Under the pieces are notes generated by a model. That model was given only the letters and a program-made list of their open reading frames with translations. It searched no databases and was not told the origin of the DNA. DNA of 64,000 bases from Macrostomum lignano (Eukaryota). The stretch spans positions 404,356 through 468,355 of the forward strand of contig NIVC01000359.1 in the NCBI GenBank assembly GCA_002269645.1, written 5' to 3'. This document shows, piece after piece, positions 11,909-24,499 of the stretch. The position numbers and the translations under genes are program-made. Numbering within the stretch: the first letter of the stretch is position 1; each line of letters begins with the position of its first letter.

Positions 11909-12742
11909 TCAATGCTCGAACAGGCTGACCAAGGTGCAACCGTTGGCGGTGACAAAGAACTGCACAGCCGGCAGCAGACAGTTGGCAATAGAGGCCAACT
12001 CGGCTGAGGCGTCAAAATTGTCCGGCCCGGCTTTGTTAAACAGCGGCGCGCAGGCGACGGACAGAACCGGCGCCGCTCTGGCCGCGTCGGGGATCAGGGC
12101 GAACAGGCGTCGGTCCTGGCACGGCGCCGGCACGCGCACCATGGCGCCGAGATCAACCAGGCGAACGATGACGCCAGCGGCTGCACCGCTGCTGTCGTTA
12201 TCAACGGCGAGAATTCGAGCCCGATAGCACTGGCCGTCGTCTAGTTTAGCTACGCAGTTGGCGCCAATTCGAATGTCGCCGGCGCGAAGCGGCAGCGCCA
12301 TCTGGCTAAGCTCGCTATACAGGTACTGCAGCCGCGAGTGCAGCGCCTCGAACTGGCCGGCAAATTCGGCCAGCGGCAGAACTCGAACTCGATCGGCCGT
12401 GCCGCCGGGTAGCAACACGGCTGCGCGCCGTTTATTGTCAGTCAGGCGCAGGCTGGCCGGCGCTTCGCTGACATTACAGTCGGCGCCAATTTGAAGCAAC
12501 TTCTTGACGGTGTAGCGCAGCCGGCGCGGGCTGGCAGAGTGGGGGAGGCGCTCGCCGCTGCCGCCGCCATTGGAAGCAGCCTGCAGTACGCCGCTGCGCA
12601 CCCGCTGCCGGTGCTGCTCGCTGAAAAACTCGGCCAACTCCGGCCGGTCCAGCGGCAGGCCGTCTAGCAGGCCGGCCGGGGAGATGAGCTGCACAGGCCA
12701 GGCTGAATCGTCTGCGGACATGCAGCCGAATTCCACCAGCAC
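11909..12742 (-). CDS. Tudor-domain protein, coding exon 2 (second, degenerate Tudor domain, and stop)
   Basis: Acceptor ccctgtccgcccgcag|GTG in phase 0; IGANCVAKLDDGQCYRARI...VRLVDLG is Tudor-like. Confidence 0.82.
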   Translation of the reverse strand: MLVEFGCMSADDSAWPVQLISPAGLLDGLPLDRPELAEFFSEQHRQRVRSGVLQAASNGGGSGERLPHSASPRRLRYTVKKLLQIGADCNVSEAPASLRLTDNKRRAAVLLPGGTADRVRVLPLAEFAGQFEALHSRLQYLYSELSQMALPLRAGDIRIGANCVAKLDDGQCYRARILAVDNDSSGAAAGVIVRLVDLGAMVRVPAPCQDRRLFALIPDAARAAPVLSVACAPLFNKAGPDNFDASAELASIANCLLPAVQFFVTANGCTLVSLFEH

Positions 12743-12774
12743 CTGCGGGCGGACAGGGTGTGGGCAAGGGTTTA

Positions 12775-13880
12775 TTATTATTAGCCTCAGGTAGTTAACT
12801 ATTAGCCTTACAGGTAGCTAATTATTAGCCTCACAGGTAGTTAACTATTAGCTTCACAGGTTGTTAACTATTAGCTTCACAAGTTGTTAACTATTAGCCT
12901 CACAGGTAGCTAATTATTAGCCTCACAGGTAGTTAACTATTAAAATCACAGGTAGTTAACTATTAGCTTCACAGGTTGTTAACTATTAGCCTCACAGGTA
13001 GCTAATTATTAGCCTCACAGGTAGTTAACTATTAAAATCACAGGTAGTTAACTATTAGCTTCACAGGTTGTTAACTATTAGCCTCACAGGTAGCTAATTA
13101 TTAGCCTCACAGGTAGTTAACTATTAAAATCACAGGTAGTTAACTATTAGCTTCACAGGTTGTTAACTATTAGCCTCACAGGTAGTTAGCTATTAGCCTC
13201 ACAGGTAACTATTAGCATCACAGGTAACTATTAGCCTCACAGGTAACTATTAGTCTCACAGGTAGGTAGCTATTAGCCTCACAGGTAGTTAGCTATTAGC
13301 CTCACAGGTAGTTAGCTATTAGCCTCACAGGTAACTATTAGCCGCACAGGTAGTTAGCTATTAGCTTCACAGGTTGTTAACTATTAGCCTCACAGGTAGA
13401 TAGCTATTAGCCTCACAGGTAACTATTAGCCTCACAGGTAACTATTAGCCTCACAGGTAACTATTAGCCTCACAGGTAGTTAGCTATTAGCCTCACAGGT
13501 AACTATTAGCCGCACAGGTAGTTAGCTATTAGCTTCACAGGTTGTTAACTATTAGCCTCACAGGTAGATAGCTATTAGCCTCACAGGTAACTATTAGCCT
13601 CACAGGTAGTTAGCTATTAGCCTCACAGGTAACTATTAGCCGCACAGGTAGTTAGCTATTAGCTTCACAGGTTGTTAACTATTAGCCTCACAGGTAGATA
13701 GCTATTAGCCTCACAGGTAACTATTAGCCTCACAGGTAGTTAGCTATTAGCCTCACAGGTAACTATTAGCCTCACAGGTAGTTACCTATTAGCTTCACAG
13801 GTAGTTAGCTATCAGCCTCACAGGTAGCTAATTATTATCCTCACATGTAGTTAACTATCAGCCTCACATGTAGCTAATTA
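12775..13880. repeat. Intronic minisatellite, mixed 23/19-bp units (aggtagttaactattagcctcac / aggtaactattagcctcac)
   Basis: Direct periodicity filling the Tudor intron. Confidence 0.95.
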
Positions 13881-13986
13881 GTCCTACAAATGGCCACTTA
13901 TTTTATTAGCCCCACTAAATGGCCACTTTTTAGCCGCAAAAAGGTCCTTCATTAGCCATATATACAGTTGCAAGGCAAGAACTAAC

Positions 13987-14781
13987 CTCGCGTTCCATAA
14001 GCCGTTTGGCCAACCAAGCGGCGGCCACCTCGCCGTACTGTCTATGGCACAAACCGGCCAGCTGACAACGATAGGAACGCGGCGGCGGGCCGTCATCTTC
14101 GGCCAAGTCTAGCGGACAACAGCGCAACAGGCAGGCGGGCAGACAGCACCTATTGCCAAAGTCCACAAATTCAACTAAGCCAAATCCGCCAGCCAGTACG
14201 CGCAATAACTTAGCCCGAAAATAACCGGCTTCAGGCGGGAAGTAAGCTACGCAAGCGACGTCGCTGCCAACGTTGTCAATAGGCAGATGAGGCAGAGAGT
14301 CTGCAATCCGACGCAGATAGCTGTGCATGCTGGCTAGCTCAGCGCGACATTCAATCGGTACTAAGCAGATCTGTTTAGTGCCCTGGGTGTGCAGCACAAC
14401 GCACCGAGTCGGCTCGCTTGGTGGAGGCGGCTGACGACAGTAAGCTGTGGCGTAGCCCTGCTGGTTGTCAGGCTTTGAAACGCTATTGTTGTTGTTGCTT
14501 AAACTGCTAATGTTGTTGTTATCGCGATTGCGCGTATCATCTTTGTGACTAGCAAGATCGGCGGAAAGTCCGTTATGGACATTGTTAACATTGTCAACTA
14601 TTCCACTGTCAAAATGTATTGGCGTTGTATTTCTTGGCGTTTCCGATTGCTGCTGCTGCTCAGCTGCTTCCTGCTCCAATTGTTGGCACGATAAACGACG
14701 ACGTTCGAGAAAGTCGCGCCTAACCCGGTAGTATAATCCTCTGCTACTAGTGGAAGACCTTTCGATGATGTTCATGGTCAT
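13987..14781 (-). CDS. Tudor-domain protein, coding exon 1 (low-complexity N-terminus and first Tudor domain)
   Basis: ATG at 14781; CVAYFPPEAGYFRAKLL...LVEFVDFGN; donor GAG|gttagt in phase 0. Confidence 0.85.
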
Positions 14782-14907
14782 GATGGTGTTCGCGTGTCTC
14801 AGACCGCACTTCTCTCCGCCAGCTGAAATATAGCAATGCGAATATCCGGGTTAATTAAGCGCAGGTAAAACACCTATACGTTAGCTTTTTTACCTGTTAG
14901 GCCAAGG

Positions 14908-15160
14908 CTCAATGTGGAGTTGCTGAGATGTTCAATGGGGAGTTGCTGAGATGCTCAATGTGGAGTTGCTGAGATGTTCAATGGGGAGTTGCTGAGATGC
15001 TCAATGGGGAGTTGCTGAGATGCTCAATGGGGAGTTGCTGAGATGCTCAATGGGGAGTTGCTGAGATGCCAATCGGCTTAATGGGGAGTTGCTGAGATGC
15101 CAATTGGCTCAATGGGGAGTTGCTGAGATGCCAATTGGCTCAATGGGGAGTTGCTGAGTT
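14908..15160. repeat. Minisatellite, 23/28-bp units (gagttgctgagatgctcaatggg), probably in a 5'UTR intron of the Tudor gene
   Basis: Direct periodicity between a minus-strand donor-like cag|gtacaa (15196) and acceptor tatttcag| (14823). Confidence 0.9.
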
Positions 15161-15802
15161 GCCAAGCCTCTCATTTGTCTATCTGTACTTTTGTACCTGC
15201 TTGTATATCCTGATCTTCCCGTAGGGACACTAATGGATTGCTAACTACTAGATAGAGGAGACAAAATTGAATGAAAGTCATCAAACAAGATAGTAATTAA
15301 CATAAGAGACAGCGCATGCATAGTATAACACGATACTGTAGTGTTGGCCAATGCTTTTTATGCTTCAATGGTTTTTAGTGCAGTGCATAGGAGTACAGGC
15401 AGTGCAAGTCACGAGCGTAAAAGTAATAGGGTTTTGTATTTTTCATAATTAGAAGAAAAGAGCGCGCACATGACAAAATTTAAGATTATTAACAAGGAAA
15501 TTAATGACTCAGTAAAAAACTAAAACCGGAACAGGTAGACCTATTGTCGTAGCACAACACGTACATATAGCAACTATTATAACACGCAGTAATTAATGAT
15601 AACGTTATAGTCGTACGAAGATTACAGTATCAAATATAAATTTTTGAAAAAATGTTCCATTAGCTGCAAGCATGAATAATAAATTATTAATTAACAATAG
15701 CAAAAAATGCCAATTAGACAATAAAATAAAAATGTTCGCAAAGTACTTCAAACAGAGCAGCAAAAGTGCAGCAGTAGCATTCGGATTTTATAATAAATGA
15801 AC

Positions 15803-16228
15803 TCAGGGCATCTCGGGCAGCAGCAGGGCACTCTGAGAGCCGCAGGCGCCGGCCTCCAAATGCTCAGCCATATTGTCGCCAGAGTCGGTTGCAAATCCGC
15901 AAGTCGGGCAATAGAAATCGCCCAAGCCGTCTTCATTCTTGTCGGCGCTGTCGTCAGTTTCCATGGCAACCGGCGGTGTAGCGGCGGCGGAAGCGTGGCT
16001 AGCAACGTGCCGCTGGTAGGCGGGCCCGCAGCAGGTGGCGTAGCGGCACTGACCAGCAGTGCAGGGCACATAGTGCCGATGGTCGGGGCCGTTCAGAGGC
16101 CGGCGACACTCCAGACAGAGCATGGCGCTGTCCAGGTGAGGCGGCAAAGCGACGCCGCTGAGATCGCGGGCCGTTTCAGCTGGGGCGGCGTTCAGCGACT
16201 TCAGCTGCTGCGACGAGCCGGGGCCTTT
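15803..16228 (-). CDS. POGZ/ZNF280-like zinc-finger protein, coding exon 4 (HPZ-like finger and stop)
   Basis: Acceptor ctcgctctgcag|AAA in phase 0; CLEC...DH..YVPC...CRYATCCGPAYQRH matches the POGZ CRYSTCCSRAYANH motif (recalled). Confidence 0.85.
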   Translation of the reverse strand, partial: KGPGSSQQLKSLNAAPAETARDLSGVALPPHLDSAMLCLECRRPLNGPDHRHYVPCTAGQCRYATCCGPAYQRHVASHASAAATPPVAMETDDSADKNEDGLGDFYCPTCGFATDSGDNMAEHLEAGACGSQSALLLPEMP

Positions 16229-16284
16229 CTGCAGAGCGAGTAGAATGTCAAGAAAGAGACCTTCTTTGACACTCACCAAGATTC

Positions 16285-16700
16285 TAACTAATTATCTCAG
16301 TATTATAACTAACAACCTCAGTATTGTAATCGATAATCTTAGTATTCTACTAATCGATAATCTCAATATCCTAATCGATAATCTCAGTATACTAATCGAT
16401 AATCTTATTATCCTAATCGATAATCTCAATATCCGAATCGATAATCTCAGTATCCCAATCGATAATCCCAGTATTCTAATGGATAATCTCAGTATCCCAT
16501 TCGATTATCTCAGTATCACAATTGATAATCTCAGTATCCCATTCGATTATCTCAGTATCACAACTGATAATCTCAGTATCCTAATCGATAATCTCAGTAT
16601 CACAATCGATAATCTCAGTATCCTAATCGATAATCTCAGTATCCTAATTAAATCTTAGTGTCCTAATCGATCATCTCAGTATCCTAATCGACAATCCAAG
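16285..16700. repeat. Intronic minisatellite, 21-bp unit (tcgataatctcagtatcctaa)
   Basis: Direct periodicity. Confidence 0.93.
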
Positions 16701-17224
16701 GATTTAATCTACTATACTCAATTATGGAGAATCCGATGATCCTGATTAATAATTCAATATACAAATCTAAGAGTCTAATTTGTCAGTTCATCGCAGGGGC
16801 ACTAATACTCTTACTTGGCTGGCCATACGTGAAAAGCTAAAGTTAGAGCTCTCAAAGAACAGCCTTAGATCATTTAACAGAGGAAGTGAACTGCTGCAAG
16901 TGAAAATGCGCACAACATGCATAAGAATTCTATTTGGACAGCTGATTTGGCACTTAAATCTGACGTTAAATCCAGCTAACTCGACAGAGTTGAGGTGGGG
17001 GGGGGAGAAAGTTAGGAATAAATTGAGAAATTTTTTGAAATGCAATATAGAGTAAACTAACTCTAAAAACTGTAGGAGAAAATTAATTACGTTTTTTTAC
17101 GTTAAGAGAATTAATTACGTTAAGAGAATTTCTAATTCTCTTTATTGAAAGCCTAGTGGTTTAATAAGCTGATAAAGTGCAGTGCTTTTCATGTCAAAGA
17201 CAAAGGCAAGAGTGAGGCAGAACG

Positions 17225-17390
17225 GAACTGTAACACCCAAGGAGGACCAGTAACACCCAGGGAGGAACTGGAACACCCAATATGGAACTGTAACACCCAC
17301 CAAGGACCTGTAACACCCACCAAGGACTTGTAACACCCACCAAAGACCTGTAACACCCACCAAGAACCTGTAACACCTACTAAGGACCTA
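17225..17390. repeat. Intronic minisatellite, 20-bp unit (gtaacacccaccaaggacct)
   Basis: About 8 degenerate copies next to the donor at 17411. Confidence 0.85.
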
Positions 17391-17411
17391 GCGCAGAAGC
17401 AAGCAACCAAC

Positions 17412-18206
17412 CTGAGGCGAGGCAGACTGCTGGTGCTGTTCCAAGTCCTCGAGCTGCTGCAGATCGCCAGGCCGATGGTCCAGCTGCTGGTGCATGTTCA
17501 AATCTGATTTAGTAACAAAGCTCAACTGGCACTGGTTGCACCGTTTGCCGCTACTAGAAGCAGCAGCAGCAGAAGAAGAATTATCGTCGTCAAAGTGGCG
17601 CTGCAGATGCTGGGTGAACACGCCGGTGAGGCCGCTAGAATCGCCGCCGATCGCCCCAGGTGCGTAGGCCGCGCCAGACGAGCTGGGGAAAGTGATTCGG
17701 ATAGCTTTGAGACAGAGCGGGCACAGCAGGTGTGGCGAGGCGGCGTGCATCCGGCAGAAGTGAGTCAGGATGTCGCGCAGTACGCTAGTCCGGAAGCTGC
17801 ACAGCTGGCAGGCGTAAGGCATCTGCCTGCGCAGGTGGCGAGTCCGCATGTGCCTGGCGAACTGCTCCGTATTGGCGAACTCTCTGTCGCATACGCGGCA
17901 CAGTTTTCGGCCAGCCGGAGTCAGGTGCGAATCCGCTCGATGCTCGGCCAGCTGGTAGTGTCCGGCAAAGGTGGCCGGACAGGCCGGACAGCGGACAATC
18001 TCGGTCGAGCAGTCTTGCAGCAGAGCCGAAACCGACTGCGAAGCCGGCTCAAAATGGCCGAGAATGTGCCGAACTGTGCTCAAATTCGAATATAGAATCT
18101 TTGAGCACAGGTGGCAACGGAAGCGAAGGTCCTGACGTGGCTCCGGCTGGGAGGCCTGCTGGCACTCCTGTCTGGCGAAGTAGTACACGTCTAGGGCCAC
18201 CAGCAC
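17412..18206 (-). CDS. POGZ/ZNF280-like zinc-finger protein, coding exon 3 (C2H2 array)
   Basis: Acceptor ccaacctctcgcag|GTG and donor CAG|gttggt, both phase 0; about six C2H2-type fingers (FRCHLCSKILYSN..HILGH, CPAC, CRVC, CQLC, CPLC, CNQC). Confidence 0.9.
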
Positions 18207-18274
18207 CTGCGAGAGGTTGGAGAATATCATTTCGAATCGATAGGCCTAAAATTACTGCCAGAATCCTTCCTACC

Positions 18275-18775
18275 CATGATTGTACATGACATTTACGTCG
18301 TATTCCATATTTGTATATGGCTTTCACATTATATCTCAGATCTGTACATGACTTTCACATTATATCCCATAATTTTACATGGCTTTTACATTACATCCCA
18401 TAATTTTACATTTTTTATATTATATCCCATATCTGTACATGACTTTCACATTATATCCCATATCTGTACATGACTTTCACATTATATCCCATATTTGTAC
18501 ATGGCTTTTACATTATATCCCATATTTGTACATGGCTTTTACATTATATCCCATATTTGTACATGACTTTCACATTATATCCCATATCTGTACATGACTT
18601 TCACATTATATCCCACATTTGTACATGAATTTCACATTATATCCCATATTTGTACATGACTTTCACATTATATCCCATATCTGTACATGAATTTCACATT
18701 ATATCCCATACTCGTATTTGTACATTACTTTTACATTATATCCCTATTTGTATATGACTTTCACATCCTATCCTG
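18275..18775. repeat. Intronic minisatellite, 31-bp unit (gtacatgactttcacattatatcccatatct)
   Basis: Direct periodicity. Confidence 0.94.
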
Positions 18776-18829
18776 AATGCATTTGAAAAGTTAGCCGCAG
18801 ACCATTTATTGACATACAGTCGCACTCAC

Positions 18830-18988
18830 CGTATTGCCATCCTGATCGCACGGATTCTGAGAGTCGTGCACGTACAATTGATTTGGATCGTCGCCAAAAG
18901 TGACAATTTCGATGCCTTCTTCGAGTAGGGGAAGGCCCTCTTCGTCAGCTGCCGATTCCGCTTGTGTAGCAGCGACAGCCTCCGAGCC
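18830..18988 (-). CDS. POGZ/ZNF280-like zinc-finger protein, coding exon 2
   Basis: Acceptor ttccctccccgcag|GGC and donor ACG|gtgagt, 159 nt, phase 0/0. Confidence 0.82.
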
Positions 18989-19029
18989 CTGCGGGGAGGG
19001 AATGCAAGATTCGGGTTGGAGATTCCAAG

Positions 19030-19390
19030 ATAGAGATCCCAAGATTCCGGATAGAGGTCCCGAGATTCGGATAGATATCCCAATATTCGGGATAGAGATC
19101 CCAAGATAGAGATCCCAATATTCGGGATAGAGATCCCAAGATTCCGGATAGAGATCCCAAGATTCCGGATAGAGGTCCCGAGATTCGGATAGATATCCCA
19201 ATATTCGGGATAGAGATCTCAAGATAGAGATCCCAAAATTCGGGATAGAGATCCCAATATTCGGGATAGAGATCCCAATATTCGGGATAGAGATCCCAAT
19301 ATTCGGGATAGAGATCCCAATATTCGGGATAGAGATCCTAATATTCTGGATAGAGATCCCAAGATTCGGGATAGCGATCCCAATATCAGA
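19030..19390. repeat. Intronic minisatellite, 21-bp unit (agagatcccaatattcgggat)
   Basis: Direct periodicity; explains the ILGSLSR-type ORFs. Confidence 0.94.
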
Positions 19391-19403
19391 TTTGTTGACA
19401 AAC

Positions 19404-20084
19404 CTTTGCGGCAGACTGAGCAGCAGCGGCGGCAGCAGCGGCGGCAGCGGCGGCAGCAGCGGCGGCAGCGGCGGCGGCTGCAGCGTCAGCCTCGGCGCTG
19501 GCGAGCTGGCGGAGCTCAGCCGCGGTGGCAACCCGAACTCCGGGCGGCAGCGGATCGGTGAGGCCGGCAACCCGGCCCTGGACCAGCAAGCCGTTATGCT
19601 TGGGCCGCTGCACGCAGCTGGAGATGTGAATGGCTCCCTGATCCCTATGCTGGAAGGCGGATTCGGCCAAATCCAGAGCCTGGTGCTCTTCATCGCCGAC
19701 GCCCAGTCCGGCTAGGGCGCCTTTGACCGGGCTGGACCGCTGCGCTTGTCGCTGGCAGATGACGGCTGGCGCGCCATCTTCAGTCAGCAGCCGGTCCAGT
19801 CGCCAGTCCTGCTGAGCTAGAGCTTCGTGAGCAGCTGCTACGCCAGCGTGAGCTAGTACGCCAAGCGAACTAGTCAGCAGAAGGCCGTTGGCATCTGTGG
19901 CGGCCTCCTCGGCGGTGCCGACAACATTCACAGCCTCGGCTAGGGGTCGCATGCCGGATTGAAAACGCTCCAGATTGGCTCTGCGCCTATCCAGCTCTTG
20001 CAGTTGAATGTCTGACAGGGGCTCCTCTTCGCATGTCATTGTGAGACTGCGGCCAACGCCGCGTAGCACCTGCGGCAGCAGCAT
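19404..20084 (-). CDS. POGZ/ZNF280-like zinc-finger protein, coding exon 1 (ends in a poly-Ala tract)
   Basis: ATG at 20084; GC-rich open frame; donor AAG|gtttgt in phase 0; joins exons 2-4 in frame (2061 nt total). Confidence 0.75.
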
Positions 20085-20329
20085 GGCTGTGCTGAGCTAG
20101 CAGTGCTGAGATGGGGAGAGATATGGAATATGAGGACGGTTTTATGGTCTTATAACATACGTGCAATGGGCATAAATAAATAAATAACCTAATGATTCTA
20201 GAAGAGTAGGGATATACCCCATGGTGCTAATAGAGTAAAGTATGGCAATACCCATGATCCTAATATAGTACAGCATAGCAATACCCCATGAAGTATAGCA
20301 ATACCCCATGATTCTAATATAGTAGAGTA

Positions 20330-21333
20330 TAACAATACCCCATGACCGAAAAAAGTGTGGCAAAATACTCCATGATCCTAAAATTGTAGCAAAATACCCT
20401 ATGAGCCAGAATAGCATGGCAAGAATGCTCCATGATCCAGAATAGTATGGCAAGAATACCCCATGATCCAGAATAGTATGGCAAGAATGCTCCATGATCC
20501 TGATTAGTATGGCAAGAACACTCCATGATCCAGAATAGTATGGCAAGAATGCTCCATGATCCAGAATAGTATGGCAAGAATGCTCCATGATCCTGATTAG
20601 TATGGCAAGAATACTCTATAATCCAGATTAGTATGGCAAGAATACCCCATGATCCAGAATAGTATAGCAAGAACACTCCATGATCCAGAATAGTATGACA
20701 AGAACACTCCATGATCCAGAATAGTATGGCAAGAATGCTCCATGATCCTGATTAGTATGGCAAGAATACTCCATGATCCAGAATAGTATGGCAAGAATAC
20801 CCAATGATCCAGATTAGTATGGCAAGAATACTCCATGATCCAGATTAGTATGGCAAGAACACTCCATGATCCAGATTAGTATGGCAAGAATACCCCATGA
20901 TCCAGATTAGTATGGCAAGAACACTCCATGATCCAGATTAGTATGGCAAGAATACCCCATGATCCAGATTAGTATGGCAAGAATACTCCATGATCCAGAT
21001 TAGTATGGCAAGAATACCCCATGATCCAGATTAGTATGGCAAGAATACTCCATGATCCAGATTAGTATGGCAAGAACACTCCATGATCCAGATTAGTATG
21101 GCAAGAATACCCCATGATCCAGATTAGTATGGCAAGAATACCCCATGATCCAGATTAGTATGGCAAGAGTACCCCATGATCCAGATTAGTATGGCAAGAA
21201 TACTCCATGATCCAGATTAGTATGGCAAGAACACTCCATGATCCAGATTAGTATGGCAAGAATACCCCATGATCCAGATTAGTATGGCAAGAATACCCCA
21301 TGATCCAGATTAGTATGGCAAGAATACCCCATG
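20330..21333. repeat. Minisatellite, 31-bp unit (gtatggcaagaataccccatgatccagatta), decaying toward the gene start
   Basis: Direct periodicity; degenerate copies extend to about 20150. Confidence 0.95.
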
Positions 21334-23279
21334 CAACATAAACAGTATGTCATTTACCCATACTACTAAGTTGGCGTGCACCACGCATGAAAATAAGCGA
21401 AGGCAAAGGCCAGTATTTTAAGGATAAATAGACAGTCAACTCTAATTTATTTAGTTATTATGATTACTAATGTAGTCCTTCGGCGAGGCAAAATAAGAAT
21501 TATTCGGTACTAAACTATACAAATTAATTAGCGGGTTAGGAAAAGGAAATCATTAATTGATTAATTGATTATTGCTAAACTATGCTGCTGTCTATAGGTA
21601 GAGCGGCTACTACGTTAAAAAAAGTTAAACTAAATTATAAATTATAACAAATTCTAACGGGCGCGAAAAAGATGATTGGATGAACTATCATAAAAAAATG
21701 TTTTCAAAAAATCACACACTCTGTTTAATAGATTATAATCATAATAGGGGGAAAGCGATTCATAAATAGATATTCTACATATATTATAAGCTACAACATG
21801 AGCAGTGTGAGCACACTAGAGTTTTTCTACCAATTTAAATTATCTGTTCAACCCAACAAGCCGCTACTCAGAATTTGTTATTCGTAAGACATGCCAGCGG
21901 AGAGCCGATTCTTGCATAGAAAGAAAAGAAAAAACACACAATATTACTTAGGAAAACACAACTTATACGAGTAGATTATATATACTACTAAAGACCACAA
22001 GCCAATGAGTAGTGTATAAGAAAGTGCGATTTTTTTGTTTAAAAATGGCTAATTGTTTTTATAATGAAAAAATGTTAAATTGAACAATTTTTTTGTTTTA
22101 ATCGATGGATGTAAAATGAGGATAATGTTTTTTTCGATAACAGAAGAGACAAAAAATGATTTTGATTTATTATAAAAACAGTATTTAAATTTCACTGGTC
22201 AAATGTTCATCCGCTCGCTAGCGACAGTTTCTGCTTTAGAAACCTCAGTTTAGCGGGCACCGGGCAGTGTGGTCTGTTGAAATTTGTAGCTTATAATTGT
22301 TCTAATGATTGAATTAAATAGATCAAGATTAGTTAAGCCTCGTGCGTACATTTATGAGAACAGTAGATGAGTTACCAAGAAGAAGTTATTGAAAAAATGA
22401 CTTTACTTGGCAATGTCTTTCAAAAGTGTCCTCAATAATCTTATTAACACCTGTAATTTTGTCTAGAGAGAATTCCAACCTGTGCTCACAACTGAAGTTG
22501 TTAAAAAAACGAACAAAAAACACACAACAGAAGAAAATTTGCAAATCCTACAGATATTTACTAATTAGTAAGGTGAATAAATAATCACCATTATATGATA
22601 CGCACTCTAGCTATAATCTACGAGTATGAAATCTAAGCAAAACAACTACAACTAAAATGTGCCAATCAAAAGGTTGACAGGCAAGCAGGAAATAAAAAAG
22701 CAACACTATGGATGAAATATGAAAGATAGAAACTATTGTATGAGCGTAGTTATACGCGATAAACAAATGGGGGAAGCAAGGCTCAAGTTAGGATGCCGTA
22801 TAGACATGACCAATTACATTTTTGTAAAAATTCATAACCTAAAAAGCTATTTTTCGAAAATTTTATTGAACTAAACTACAAGTATATATTCATTAGTACT
22901 AGGAGAGGTGGTAAGACACGTGGTGCTCCTATAGATTTCAGACTGGGAGTTGATAGGTTAGCAAGTTTTAGAATTAGAGAAAAAAACCACAGATCCTAAA
23001 ACACTCGATTGGTCCCGATTTATGCTACTTTCTTTAGTCTATAGCAGCATATAGAGTGCAAATAGCTGTCGGATTTTGCGACGAGACCTCAGACTTGTCA
23101 CAGTTAGAGCAGGAAGCTCGTTGGACCAACGCTGGTTTTAGTATCTGTGATGAAAAAAACACTAATTGAAATTACTTTTATAGGGCCAAGTAGAGGCGCT
23201 AAAGTTCAAAACTGAAAAAGTGTTCTATTCTACCGCAAAGCGTCAATTTCTAGCCGACAAAAAAGAGCTTGTCGTCCTT

Positions 23280-23489
23280 TTACTTCGCCCCTTTCTTGTT
23301 GCCAGCGGCGGCAACAGCGGCTGCGGCAGCTTCGTCGCTAAGCGGCTTCTCGTGCGGGGCCGGCAGCTTAATGCCGTGCGGATCAACGCCCCAGATGTCC
23401 TTGGCGTACTCCATGATGGTGCGATCAGACGAGAACTTGCCAGACGCGGCAATATTGAGCAGGCTCATTTTCGCCCACTTGTTCGTGTC
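23280..23489 (-). CDS. PYG: Glycogen phosphorylase, coding exon 5 (C-terminus)
   Basis: Acceptor caccgacag|GAC; [30 protein letters not shown]. Confidence 0.93.
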   Translation of the reverse strand, partial: DTNKWAKMSLLNIAASGKFSSDRTIMEYAKDIWGVDPHGIKLPAPHEKPLSDEAAAAAVAAAGNKKGAK

Positions 23490-24499
23490 CTGTCGGTGAT
23501 TGGTGTTTTTGGTTGGGAACTAAATCGTGTATGATTTACAGTACATACTACTTCTCTTGTAAACAAGAAGTAATGTATAGCGAAAGTGGAATTTGCACAA
23601 TTGATGCAACATAGACGTTAAAAGATATCAAAAACAGCCCATTTAATTTCTATTTACTGGCACTGGAATCTGGTTCCGTTGTGCCTGTCCATATGCTAGA
23701 TAAACAAGATCACAACTGTATCAAGACACAAAAATACAAACACACATAAACAGTATTATCACTATATCAGCAGTAGAAAAGACAATTGTGTACTTTAAAA
23801 AGTAGCGTGGAGCCATGCAAACGTTAAATGTCGTGAAAGGCTGTTCGTTGGCTTGCAGGTACAGATAGAGAGAGAGAGGAGAGAGATAGAGGGGAGGAGG
23901 AGCGAGAAAATAGAGCGCTGGCTGTATGTACTGTTTAAGCTACAGTCGAGGTAAACTGCATTAGCCTAGACAAGCAATGAATTCAGTCTGCGATGCCACC
24001 CGTAGGCTTGGCAGAATAGAATAAGAAGAATATAAGAGAGAGAATTTGCAATGTTTTGGAATTATGAGAGCAAAAAATAAGCATTGCATACAGCACTATA
24101 AACTGCTGATGGCTGACATGTTAGGGTACCTGGCTGGATAAGATGAGACTAAAACACATGCGTCGTACAGTGCGCACTAGTAATGAATGAACCGCAACTT
24201 GTGTGAATTTGTCATTTGTAGGCTTTTTATTAGCAACATTAACCAACTCTAGCCATAACTATTTACTCTCTCCTCGCCGGTCTAAGCTGGGGCATTGCCG
24301 ACCCCCAGTTGAGACGAGAAGAACCACTGGCTTAGTGTGAATTGCGTCACTTGGGGCTGAGATCTGAGCAAATTTGACCACTGGTTTCGAGGTGGAAACT
24401 TTAACAGGTTGCCGAGTGTACACAGTAACTATCTGTGTTTAAAAGCATAACAGGGTCTCCAGTTAGCCAATATATGGTTTTGGCAGTCAAACAGTTCAA

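Noticed and set aside
24268-24325. Hairpin ctgggg...ccccag in phosphorylase intron 4 as a pre-miRNA or snoRNA
   Set aside because: The stem is short and interrupted, with no recognisable box motifs or mature sequence
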